Translations under genes and position numbers: made by a program
Shown here: piece by piece, positions 21,507-32,060 of the stretch
Layout of the letters: the number at the start of each line of letters is the position of its first letter
Position numbering within the stretch: the first letter of the stretch is position 1
Assembly (NCBI GenBank): GCA_963817385.1
Contig: CAWFOM010000028.1
Coordinates: forward strand, 1-64,000
Reading direction: 5' to 3'
DNA from: an uncultured delta proteobacterium
GTDB taxonomy: Bacteria > Desulfobacterota > Syntrophia > Syntrophales > UBA5619
Length of the DNA: 64,000 nucleotides
The notes under the pieces: generated by a model
Databases searched by the model: none
The model's input: only the letters and a program-made list of their open reading frames with translations
What the model was told of the DNA's origin: nothing

Positions 21507-21746
21507 TCATAACGTCTTGACGCCCGTTTTCGGCATCGTGCTTTTCGCGGCGCTCTCAAAGAGCCCTTTGAGCATCGAATAGAAAAGCACTAAACTGGGT
21601 ATCAGCTGGCATACGACAATTAGAGCGCCAAATCCCAGGAAAAGGAGCACCAGCAGGCTGGTGCCTGCCGTCTCTTGGCCGCTGGAAGCCAGCACCGTTG
21701 TTGCCTTGACCAGTATCGCCGTTAAAATCGTTATTATGAGTTTCAT
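21507..21746 (-). CDS. Small membrane protein (signal peptide plus one TM)
   Basis: AGGAGG RBS; LLFLGFGALIVVCQLIP. Confidence 0.75.
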   Translation of the reverse strand: MKLIITILTAILVKATTVLASSGQETAGTSLLVLLFLGFGALIVVCQLIPSLVLFYSMLKGLFESAAKSTMPKTGVKTL

Positions 21747-21809
21747 GGCTTCCTCCTTTCATTCGCTGATCGTTCCCGTCACTGAAACTATCCTTTTGAC
21801 TTTCTATGT

Positions 21810-21825
21810 TGCAATGGACATGCCA
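21810..21825 (-). promoter_or_regulatory. Sigma54 promoter of the small-protein/pseudo-receiver operon
   Basis: TGGCATGTCCATTGCA: GG-N10-GC. Confidence 0.8.
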
Positions 21826-21920
21826 TGCGAAGAGTTCCCGGGATTGTCTATTTATCTTATTGTTTTTAATTGCTTTTTTATCAGAGGAGAAATGCCCCGA
21901 CAATCATTTTATGTCGGCGA

Positions 21921-22040
21921 TGTATAATAACCCTATACAGGTAAGTGACGAAAAAGAATCAGAACTTGAGGGCTCAGGCAGCTACGCTTGATAACTATTG
22001 AAGATATTAATAAACGATGATTTGTATAAAAAAATATACG
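21921..22040. promoter_or_regulatory. Pair of palindromic enhancer-like sites
   Basis: TGTATA-N7-TATACA (21921-21939) and TGTATAAAAAAATATACG (22023-22040; identical to 19096-19113). Confidence 0.7.
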
Positions 22041-22141
22041 TCCGGACGGGAATGATTTATAAGGGATAATTGACAATGACAACGAGGTGAGCCGCTCAGG
22101 CGAATTCGATTAAGTCGGATAAGGGTATCAGAGCAGAGTCC

Positions 22142-23734
22142 CTACTGGGCAGGGCTGCTGGCGGCCAGGGTCTCTTTGCCCTGCGGGCGCAGGGGCAATT
22201 TGATGGTAAAAGTCGTGCCTTCGTTAACCTTGCTCTGCACTTCGATCTTGCCGCCGTGCCTCTCGATGATCCCATAGGAAACGGAAAGACCCAATCCCGT
22301 GCCCTTATCGCTTTTCGTGGTGAAAAATGGATCAAATATCTTCCCCAGGTTTTCTTCGCTGATCCCTGCCCCGGTATCGGTTATTTGAGGCAAGCGTATT
22401 CTTCATTTTCCGTATAGGTCTTAATGCGGATGCTTCCGCCGCTGGGCATGGACTGGCTGGCGTTCAGCAACATGTTGATAAAGACCTGTTCCATCTGGTT
22501 CTCATCGACCGGAATAAGCGGCAAATCCGGCTGATAGTCCCTGACGATATCGATATTGTGAAAGCTTGATTGGCGACCGATGAGGGCGAGGGTGGCCTCC
22601 ATGACTTTGTTCAGGGATGCCGGTTTCTTCTGCGGTATCGATTCACGGGAAAAATCAAGCAGCCCCTTGACGATCTTTGCGCATCGCTGGGCTTCGTTGA
22701 TGATGACATCAATGTCGCTTTTCAAGGATCGGGTCCAACTGAGGACTTTGGCTGGTCAAGTTGGCGAACATCAGGATGCCCGTGAGAGGATTATTGATCT
22801 CATGGGTAATGCCGGCCACCAGTCTTCCGAGGGAAACCAATTTTTCCGAACGGATCAACTGGGTCTGCATCTGCTTGATTTCGCGCGTTCTTTCTGCCAC
22901 CTTCGCCTCAAGATTCTTCCCCCATTCTTCCCGTTCCATCCTGGCACTCTTGAGGCTGGCCGTCATCTGATTGAAGGCTCGGAAAGTTCGCCCATTTCAT
23001 CGCGAGATACATTTTGCACCAGGGCATCGAGATCTCCCTGGGCAATTCTTTTGGTTTGCGTCAAAAGGTTCTTTACGGGACGATTTACCAGGCGATGGGT
23101 AAAGAAGGTGATGGCCAGAGAAATGGACAACAGCAGAAAAATCGTCAGAAAAATGATTTTGTTACGGTAATAGCCTATCAAGCGTATGCATGTTTTCCAG
23201 GGAAACGATGATGTCCAGGACGCCCAAAATCCTTTGCTTGGGCGGGTGAAAGTGGCATGATGACAGATAACAGCTTTTTTCGTTGTAGATGGCCTTGGCC
23301 ATGCCCACCACCTGCTTGCCCTGCTTATCAAAAAAAACCCGGCTCCTGTTCATCGTGGAGGCTTGCACTTTCGGTTCACCGCTGGTGTGGCACATGTTGC
23401 AGCCGGCCTCTGTTTTGTCGAGATACCTGCCGATTTCCTCTTTTTCCGTCGAGAAGGTTATATTGCCGCTTTTATTGATCATCCGGATATGCTCGACCCC
23501 CTGCAGCGTGCCTACTTCCTGGATCATTTCATAGGCCCTTTGCCGGTTATCCTCCAGCATTTCATAATGGGTGGTTTTGATGATGGTTTCGCTTAATTTG
23601 TCGGCATCGGAGATCGCCGCTTCCAGGAGCATGGTCTTGAGGGTGGCAATATTGATGTAGGCAAAAAACACCATGAAGACAAGCAGGATGAGGCTGGTGC
23701 CGATGGTCAATTTGGAAATCAGGCTGATACGCAA
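22142..23734 (-). CDS. HAMP sensor histidine kinase with haem-c motif(s) in the periplasmic domain (several frameshifts)
   Basis: TM, periplasmic domain (CNMCH, CYLSSCH), TM, HAMP (RDEMGEL), H-box HEINNPL, NMLLNA, DTGAG, FFTTK, GTGLGL. Confidence 0.88.
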
Positions 23735-24050
23735 AAGTTTTGTTCCCCGAGTTACAGGTGACTTTCATGCTGTCCGTCAGCGCATTATAACCGCACAAAA
23801 TACCGGATGATATTAATTTATCGGGAAATGATAGTCAAGGCAGATGTTTGTTTGGTCAGATGTTCGGTGCCAGCCGCCCCGGGGAGGAGTGCCGATTTTT
23901 TTCATTGCTTTTTACAATCCTATGTATTAAAAAAATATACTTTTGTCTTATTACAGCATTATCAACTCATGCACACAAAGCCTGCGTGCAACGCCAGAGG
24001 GTTTTCTGCACGCGGCTTTTCATTTATTCGCTGTTTGCAGGAGGCTTAGT

Positions 24051-25899
24051 ATGTTGAAGATCATTTCCCGTGCGTCATCCGTGATCTTGCTCGTTTTGCT
24101 GTCAGCCAGCCCCCTGTGTGCTGAACAGGGTATGGCTGTTGATCCGGCCACCTGCCTCGGTTGCCACGGCGATAAGATCTCCGCGGCTGCTTTTGTTGCT
24201 TCCGTTCATGGAAAAAATGGCTGCAACAGCTGCCATATCCAGCTTACCGACCTTTCCCGGCACGTGAAAGGTGAAATCAAAATGGAAAAGGTCAGGTGCG
24301 AGCGCTGTCATAAAAAGGAAAATGCCGAGCATTATGCCAGCGTGCATATTCAGAAGGATGTCCAATGTGCCGATTGCCACACCGACATACACTCGCACCG
24401 GTACTGGAAAAATGACAAGCGGGTTGTCGTTGCCAAGTGCATCCAGTGCCACGACCAGGAGGCGGTTTACCGGCAATCGATCCACGGGCAGGCGGTGGCG
24501 GCAGGCAATCAGGATTCTGCCGCCTGCAATGATTGTCACAATCTCCACGATATCAAGCCGATGAATGACCCGAAGTTCCATACCGACCGGGTATTCCATA
24601 CCAAGGTCTGCCTGAAGTGCCACAGCGACGAAAAGATGATGAAACGCAACAATGTCTTCAATGTGGCGACGAGCACCTACATGGACAGCTATCACGGGAA
24701 GAACTATCGACTCGGTTATCCGGAAAAGGTCGCCGGGTGTTCCGATTGCCATACGGCCCATTCCGTGCAGAAGGCGGCGGATCCGCGCTCCACCGTCAAT
24801 CCGGCCAATCTGGTGACCACCTGCCGGCAGTGCCATGAACACGCCACGACAGAACTTTACAAAATTCTATGCCCACGGGGAGCACACGGACCGGGCGAAA
24901 TATCCGCTCCTGTACTGGACCTTCATATTGATGGTCAGCCTTTTGGTCGGCACCTTCGCCGTCTTCTGGGTCCATACGCTCCTCTGGCTCTACCGGGGAT
25001 TCGTGGAGAACCGGGAAAAAGCGGCGCTTCTCGAGGAAGGGGCTGTTCCGCATGTACCCGGCGGCTTCAACCAGTACCGCCGTTTCAACGGCCGCCAGAT
25101 TATCCTGCATATCCTCGTCATGGTCAGTTTCCTCGGCCTCGCCTTGACCGGATTGCCGCTTAAGTTCAGCGATCAGGAATTGTCAAGACTCCTTATGGCG
25201 CTGTTCGGCGGGGCCGCAAATGCCGCCTTGATCCACCGGATATGCGCCGTGATTACCTTTGTCTATTTCCTTTCGGCAAATTACCTGTGCATCCATTTCC
25301 TCTTTATCCGGAAGGATATCCCGGGCAACTGGATGGAGCGGCTGCTCGGTCCGGACTCGCTGTGTCCCAATGAGCGGGATATCAAGGATATCACGGGGAT
25401 GATCCGCTGGTTCTTTTTCAAGGGGCCGAAGCCGACCTTCGAGCGCTGGACCTACTGGGAGAAGTTCGATTTCCTGGCGGTCTTCTGGGGCATGTTCGCC
25501 ATCGGCGGCTCCGGCCTGATGCTCTGGTTCCCGGAGTTTTTCGGCAGCTTCCTGCCCGGCTGGATGTTCAACCTGGCGACCATCGTCCATTCCGATGAGG
25601 CCCTGCTCGCCACGGGCTTCATCTTTACGGTCCATTTCTTCAATACCCACTTCCGCCCCGAGAAATTTCCCATGGACTTCGTCATCTTCAATGGTCAGCT
25701 GTCGAAACATGAGTTTATCGAGGAACGTCGGGATCAGTGGCAGCGTTACGAGCAGGAGGGAACCACCGAACAGTTCAAGGTTACGAAGAGAAAAGGGGTG
25801 TTCTTCGATTTCTTTTTCAAGGGATTCGGCTTTCTGGCCCTTTTCGTGGGGATTGCCCTCCTGTTCATGATGCTTTACGCCTTCCTGGCGCCGCATTAA
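24051..25899 (+). CDS. cbcL: Nonahaem cytochrome c fused to an FdnI/HydC-type cytochrome b (CbcL-like; frameshift near 24850)
   Basis: Signal peptide; 9 CxxCH (CLGCH, CNSCH, CERCH, CADCH, CIQCH, CNDCH, CLKCH, CSDCH, CRQCH); then ILHI, IHR, YWEKFDF, VHSDEA, FTVHFF membrane domain. Confidence 0.82.
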
Positions 25900-26041
25900 A
25901 CCCGCCGTCAGGTGGGAAGCAGGGGCTCTTTTTATTTGACGAGGGGCAAGGCCGTGTTATACCGGAATCGGCGGCCGTTTGTCCGGGCAAGTGTGATGAG
26001 TTTAGAAAAAGAATACCGTATAAGAGAAGCAAGGAGGGATC

Positions 26042-27571
26042 ATGCCGGCAAAGCGGAATGACATACTGGGTTATTTCTTCAATATCATAAGCCTCATCGG
26101 GATGATACTGGCCACAATGGCCACCGGTCTCATCATCGTACTGCTCTCCGTGGAGCTGATAACCGGCGTGGAGAGCCCTTATCTGGGCGTTCTGGTGTAC
26201 TTCATCTTCCCCGCCATGCTCATCCTGGGCCTGTTTCTGGTGCCCGTCGGGGCTTACCGCGTCAGACGGCAGCGCCGCATGGCGGCGCCGGAGACCATTC
26301 CTCCGTATCCCGATCTCGATCTGAATGACCGCCATAAGCGCCGGCTGTTCGTCTTCTTTATCCTCGGCACAGTTGTCTTTGTCCTTATTATTTCCATCGC
26401 GGCACTCAAGGGGTACCATTTTACCGAGTCTGCCGACTTTTGCGGAAAGCTCTGCCACACGGTCATGACGCCGGAATACACCGCCTGGAGCAAATCTCCC
26501 CACGCCAGGGTTCGATGTGTCGAGTGCCACATCGGACCGGGGGCGAAATGGTACGTCAAGGCGAAGATCTCCGGTCTGAAACAGATCTATGCCGTGGTGG
26601 CCCATACCTACTCGGTACCCATCGAAACGCCAATCACTAATCTGCGCCCGGCACGGGATATCTGCGAGCGCTGCCACTGGCCGCAAAAGTTCTATTCCGG
26701 ACGCCAGAAGGTATTTTATCACTATGCGCCCGATGCAAAGAACACGGCCCGGGAGATCAACATGCTGGTCAATATCGGGGGGACGCCGAAAAGCCCCACC
26801 GCCATGGGTATTCACTGGCATATCGGCAGCGAGGTGTTGTACATCGCCCGGGACAAGAAACGGCTTGACATCCCCTATGTTGCCGTCAAGGATAAAGACG
26901 GGAAGATAACCGAGTACAACGATGAGCATGAACCTCTTTCCAAGGAAGCGATCGCCAAAGAGGAAAAGCGTCTCATGGACTGTATCGACTGCCATAACCG
27001 CCCGACCCATATCTACCGTTCACCCGGGCAGGAAATGGATGAAAATTTTGTTTCAGGCCATATCGACCCCGCGCTGCCTTTCATCAAGAAGGTAGCGGTG
27101 GATCTCCTCACCAAACCGTACAAGACCAGGGAAGAGGGCAAGGCAGCGATTGCCAGCGGTATCGAGGGATTCTATGCCAAGAACTACCCGAAGGTCGCCG
27201 GTGACAAAGCCGCAGCAATCAGGCAGGCCATCGAGGGTGTGCAGGATATTTATGACCGGAACTTCTTCCCGAATATGAAGGTTGCCTGGAACACCTACCC
27301 GGACCATATCGGCCATTTCTATACTCCCGGCTGTTTCCGTTGCCACGACGGGAAGCACAAATCCCAGGACGGGAAGGTCATCTCCAAGGACTGCGACCTC
27401 TGCCATACCGTTCTCAACCAGAAACAGGAAAACATCCGGCCCGGGACGAAGGTGACAGGATTTGTCCATCCGACGGATATCGGCGACAGCATGGTCGCCC
27501 TGAATTGCAGCGAATGTCATTCGGCCGGCGGGGAAGATGTGCCGGGCGGCGGGAGCAGCAAGGGGAAGTAA
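26042..27571 (+). CDS. imcH: NapC/NirT-family heptahaem inner-membrane cytochrome c (ImcH-like)
   Basis: Three N-terminal TMs; TESADFCGKLCH, CVECH, CERCH, CIDCH, CFRCH, CDLCH, CSECH (7 haem motifs). Confidence 0.8.
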   Translation: MPAKRNDILGYFFNIISLIGMILATMATGLIIVLLSVELITGVESPYLGVLVYFIFPAMLILGLFLVPVGAYRVRRQRRMAAPETIPPYPDLDLNDRHKRRLFVFFILGTVVFVLIISIAALKGYHFTESADFCGKLCHTVMTPEYTAWSKSPHARVRCVECHIGPGAKWYVKAKISGLKQIYAVVAHTYSVPIETPITNLRPARDICERCHWPQKFYSGRQKVFYHYAPDAKNTAREINMLVNIGGTPKSPTAMGIHWHIGSEVLYIARDKKRLDIPYVAVKDKDGKITEYNDEHEPLSKEAIAKEEKRLMDCIDCHNRPTHIYRSPGQEMDENFVSGHIDPALPFIKKVAVDLLTKPYKTREEGKAAIASGIEGFYAKNYPKVAGDKAAAIRQAIEGVQDIYDRNFFPNMKVAWNTYPDHIGHFYTPGCFRCHDGKHKSQDGKVISKDCDLCHTVLNQKQENIRPGTKVTGFVHPTDIGDSMVALNCSECHSAGGEDVPGGGSSKGK

Positions 27572-27664
27572 GTTACCCTGAGCGGACGGGTTCCTCATGA
27601 GGGGAGAGGCAGTACATGAAGCCGGCCGGTGTGTAGGCCGGGATCAGTGAAAACAGGGCACAAC

Positions 27665-27691
27665 AAAAGGCGGGGGTCTCCCCGCCTTTTT
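27665..27691. terminator. Intrinsic terminator, potentially bidirectional, after the imcH-like gene
   Basis: AAAAGGCGGGG-GTCT-CCCCGCCTTTTT. Confidence 0.75.
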
Positions 27692-27746
27692 ACACCAGAG
27701 CGCGCAGACCTCGCACCAGAGCAAAAGATGATGCAGGGAGGAGAAG

Positions 27747-29541
27747 ATGACGGACAAGCTATCATCTCTTGAAGCCCGCGTGGAACAAATCGCCGCCCAG
27801 GTAGACGCACTGACCAGGAATGTGGAGGCGCTTTCCGTCCGGATGGATCGTTCCGATACCAGACCGGCCCAGAGCGGGGGGATGCCTCAGGCGGATGACC
27901 TTCCTGATCCATCGGAGGAACTCCTGTCATGGGTTGGCCGTTCCTCGCTCCTCCAGCGCCTTTCGACGATCTGTTTTCTCCTGGTCGTCGCCCTGATCCT
28001 GCGCACGGTCACCGAGAACGAAATAATCAACCTCCAGGTCGGTTCTCTCATCGGTATGAGTTACGCCGCCGCCCTGATCTTCATGGGCTGGAGGAGGTAC
28101 CGGAGAGCCAACCCGCTGGCGCCCATATTCACCGTGTGCGGCACCGTTCTGATGTTTACCATCGTCGTGGAAGCGCACACCCATTTTGCTGCCATTCCCT
28201 CGGTCCCGGCCTATATCCTCCTGATGCTGACCGGCCTCTCGACGGCCGTGATCAGTTACCTCTATCGGGTGCCGGCCCCGATTGCCGCGGGCAATCTCGG
28301 CATGTGTCTTGCAGGGGCAGCGATCGATTACCCTACGCCTTTTTTCCCCTATCTGGCGATTGTGCTCCTCACGGCCAACGTGCTCGGCACTCTTGCTGCC
28401 CGGGCACACCGATACTCCTGGCTCCGCTGGATATTGCTCCTCGTGACCCTGTTCATGATCCATCTGTGGGGATTCAAACTGGGGATGACCCTGCTGGGCG
28501 GCGAAACACCTTCCCCGGCGCTGGCGGCCGCCTGGTTTCTTCCGTTCCTGGCTCTTTTCACCGCGACATACATGGCAACGGCATTTCTCGACATCATCCG
28601 CAGCTTGCCGGGCAGGATCAGCAGATTTGACCTTGCCCTTCCGACGATCAATGTGGCCTGGGCTTTCTTCCTGGCCCAGTATGTGGTGTCCGCCATGGGG
28701 GGCAGCAAACTGCTGCTCGGCGTCGTCGGGGTGGCCGTCGGAGCGGGACATCTGGCAGCGGCGATATGGCTGTCCAGCCGGGACCGCACGGGCGCGCGCG
28801 GAACCAACGCCTTTCTCTCGGCCGGCGTCGTGCTGCTGGCGCTTGCCGTGCCAATGTCCACTGACAGCATTCTCCTGTCTCTCCCGCTCCTCGCTGCCGT
28901 CGCATTCGGGACAGCGGTCGTCTCGGCAAAGTGGCACAGCGGGAGCGTTCGGGTAACGTCATACCTCCTGCAGATTTATCCGGCCGTGGCAATGGCGGTC
29001 ATACTGCTCATCCGGGGAGCAACCGCCCGCCCCATTTCCGGTGAGTGTGGCGTCAGCCGGTGCTCTTGCCTGCATAGCTTTCCTGCATTACCGGTGGTGC
29101 GCCGCCGAAATCCGCCCGAAGAAGCGGCTTTCTTCCAGAGGATTGATAAAGGCGACTTCAGCGCCGTCGCAATTTTTCTGGCTGCTCTCCTGAACGCATT
29201 TTTCATGCTGCGGTTGATTGTCGACCGGGTTCTCGCCGCACTTCTGGTCCCGGCTGAATTGAACAACGCGCTCTCCTGCAGCCAGTCAGTCATCATCAAC
29301 CTGTCAGCCATTGCACTGATGTTCTTTGCCCAGGCGCAGCGCGACCAGGGAGGTGCGCAACGTGGCAATTCTCGTGACCGTGATCGGCGCCGTCAATGTT
29401 TTCCTGTATGATCTCATCCGCGGGCACGGCATGCCGCTGGTGATCAGCGTATTGTCCTTCGGTCTGGCTACGGCGGTTGAATCGGTAATCCTGGGGCGCT
29501 GGCAGTCTCCATCACCGCCGGCGCAGGAAAGCGGCCGCTGA
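27747..29541 (+). CDS. Polytopic membrane protein with N-terminal coiled coil (DUF2339-like; frameshifts near the 3' end)
   Basis: LEARVEQI coiled coil followed by more than 14 hydrophobic segments. Confidence 0.65.
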
Positions 29542-29857
29542 GGATGCCCGCATTCCTGCGGACGAAAAGCGGGTCCGTGTCGGAAACCGCCCTCATGCCG
29601 GGCGCGCGTCGGACCTCGTCGGATTTTCGGGGAGCCCGGACCGCAACGGGTTTCTGCCCGCGGGATAACGCCGGTGCGTGCGCGGGAGCCGGTTACAAGG
29701 GGTGTTCCGGGAGGGGGGACGCGTCACGATCAATGATGAATCCAGTCGCACAATCATCGGCCGGATGGAGGAAGAACAAGCGACACCGACCGGCAGCGCG
29801 CCTGGTTGAAGCAGGCTTTCTCCCGGCAGGGTGAACGAAGACATTTGTCCTTCGATG

Positions 29858-30079
29858 TCAGGAAGGCTCCGGAAAAGGGAGGGGCAACTGCCGCCAGCGC
29901 ACGAGACAACGGCCACAATATATCCTCTGCAGCGCCCTGGCTTGGCAGGCGTCCACATCGATAAAATAGCCGTGCCTTTCGCACCACCGGTTTTCCGTTG
30001 TCCGCCGCTCCCCGGGACCCGTCCCTTCGGCCGTTTCGGTCCCCTTCTCCGTATGCATCACGGCGCCTTTCGCACTCAT
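29858..30079 (-). CDS. Small Cys/His protein ending in QLPLPF
   Basis: WCERH...C...CGRC...QLPLPF; co-oriented with its neighbours. Confidence 0.55.
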   Translation of the reverse strand: MSAKGAVMHTEKGTETAEGTGPGERRTTENRWCERHGYFIDVDACQARALQRIYCGRCLVRWRQLPLPFPEPS

Positions 30080-30170
30080 CTCCGGACGGTTTCACCGGAT
30101 GCCATTAACCGGGAGCCCGCTCCGTGCAGGCGGGCCCCCGGCGAATGGTTTTAACCGACGGTAGAGAGGA

Positions 30171-30420
30171 TCACTTCTTCGCCTTCGCGGGCTTTTTCGC
30201 CGCCGGCTTGGCTTTTGCTGCCGCCTTCTTTGCCGGTGCTTTTGCCGGTGGCCTTTTTTGCCGGCTTGGCCTTTGCCGCCGCTTTCTTCGCGGGCTTGGC
30301 CTTTGCTGCTGCCTTCTTCGCGGGCTTGGCCTTTGCCGCCGCCTTCTTCGCCGGTTTGGCCTTTGCTGCCGCCTTTGCCGGTGCCTTCGCCGCCTTCTTT
30401 ACCGCCTTTGCCATTGCCAT
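30171..30420 (-). CDS. Histone H1-like Lys/Ala/Pro-rich nucleoid protein (one frameshift near 30245)
   Basis: AGGAGG RBS then MAMAKAVKK; 30-bp repeats encoding AAAKAKPAKK; stop at 30171. Confidence 0.8.
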
Positions 30421-30479
30421 AGATACATCCTCCTTTGGTTGCTTCAAAAGTCGATCCCGCCTGAGCGAGACCGCGTAAT

Positions 30480-31368
30480 CCATCTCATTGTTCCTCTGCC
30501 GCAGGGAGTGGAAGAACTCCCGGATGATACGGGTTACCTCCCGCGGACGTTCCATGGGAACCAGGTGACCGGCGCCTTTCACCGTACGGCGTCGGGAATT
30601 CGGAATAAGGGATTGGATACGGTCGACATCGATGAACCCCTTGCTGTCGCTCTTTTCCCCTTCGACGATAAGAACGGGGCAGGATACCTTGGGGAGGAGG
30701 GGCCAGGGATCGAACTGTCTCCCTCCCATGAAGAGGGCCGCCTCCCGCTGGGGACTGCAGGCGAGCCGGAGGCCGCCGTTATCCCCTCCGGTCATGCCGT
30801 GAAGGATATAGAGTTCCAGCATCTCTTCCGTCCATCCCTGAAACAGGGTGCGGGAGCGGAGATAGGCCATGGCATCGTCCCGGTCTCGCCAGAAGTTCGT
30901 TCGTTTGATCGCCTTGGCGGCGAGGGGGTGTTCGTCAACCCTCATGGCGCCCCGGTAGAACTCCGGGGGGAGGAGGATGGGTTCGATGAGGATCATGCCC
31001 GCAGCGGGAAGTCCGCAGAGGGCGTTGGCGATCAGAAGCACCGTTGCTCCCATGGAGTGACCGACCAGAAAGGGTCTGTCGAGCTGCAAAGCGGTGCAGA
31101 GGCGGACGGTATCCTCTGCGAGGGTCATCCAGTTGAGTCCCCCTTCGTCCGGATCCGTCTCGCGATGATCGCAGAAGGAGGGGGCGATGATGCGGTAGTC
31201 GTCGGCAAGCTCCCGCGCGAGGGGATGCCACAGCCAGGGCTGGAAGCCGGTGGCGTGGAGGAAGATCAGCGGCGGGCCCTCCCCTTCATACCGGAGATAG
31301 GAGAGCTCCGCGTCACCGATGTTCTGAACGCAGGCTTGCGGAGTATGTGTGGTCGACTCGATCACCAT
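30480..31368 (-). CDS. Alpha/beta hydrolase (3' end uncertain)
   Basis: FLHATGF, GHSMG, GAGHLVPMERP. Confidence 0.88.
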
Positions 31369-32035
31369 TCATCTTACCCAGGTGGTAAATTCGTCCGTGG
31401 CCGCCCGTTCCCTGTCAAAATTGTTGATCGGCGCACCCCCGTCGGGATAGCCCATGGCGGCGCCGATGATGATGGCCTTCGTCTCCGGGATCGGGATGAT
31501 CTCCCGGATTAACGCCGGGTAGCTGACCGATGCGGCCAGGATGCAGGTTCCCAGCTCCCCGGGCATGGGCCAGCAGGCAAACGGTCTGGAGGATCGCGCC
31601 GACGTCCAGCATCGCGTATTCCCGGGCCAGGCTTTTCTCCACGCAGAAGAGAAGCAGGCAGGGAGCATCGAAGAGGGCGGACATGTCGCCTGCGTAACGG
31701 AGACGAGCCTCCTGATCCCCGCGGGCAATCTCCAGGGAGGTCAGGACCTTCTTCCCCACATCCGTATATCGCCGCTTCAGGGTATCCGGCCAGACGCCGG
31801 GCATCGTGGTGTCCGGTGCAGCGACAACCCCGTCCAGCATCCGCTGCCGGTTGGCCTGTTTGAATCGTTCCAGGGGCTCCCCCGTGACCACGACGATCTC
31901 CCACGGCTGGGTATTCCCCCAGGAGGGCGACCAGCGGGCCGCATCCAGGATCTCCCGGATGAGCTCCTCAGGGACAGGGTCCGGCTTGAATCTCCGGATG
32001 CTCCTTCTCGTGGTGACAGCCTGAAAAACGTCCAT
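31369..32035 (-). CDS. Nitroreductase (frameshift near 31560)
   Basis: RRSIRRF, SPSWGNTQPW, LGTCI, MGYP. Confidence 0.9.
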
Positions 32036-32060
32036 TGTTCTCCCCTTCGCCGGGCGGCGC

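Noticed and set aside
30151..31368. Alpha/beta hydrolase fused to a histone H1-like tail
   Set aside because: The H1-like part has its own AGGAGG RBS and ATG at 30420; read-through is more likely an indel artefact, though not excluded
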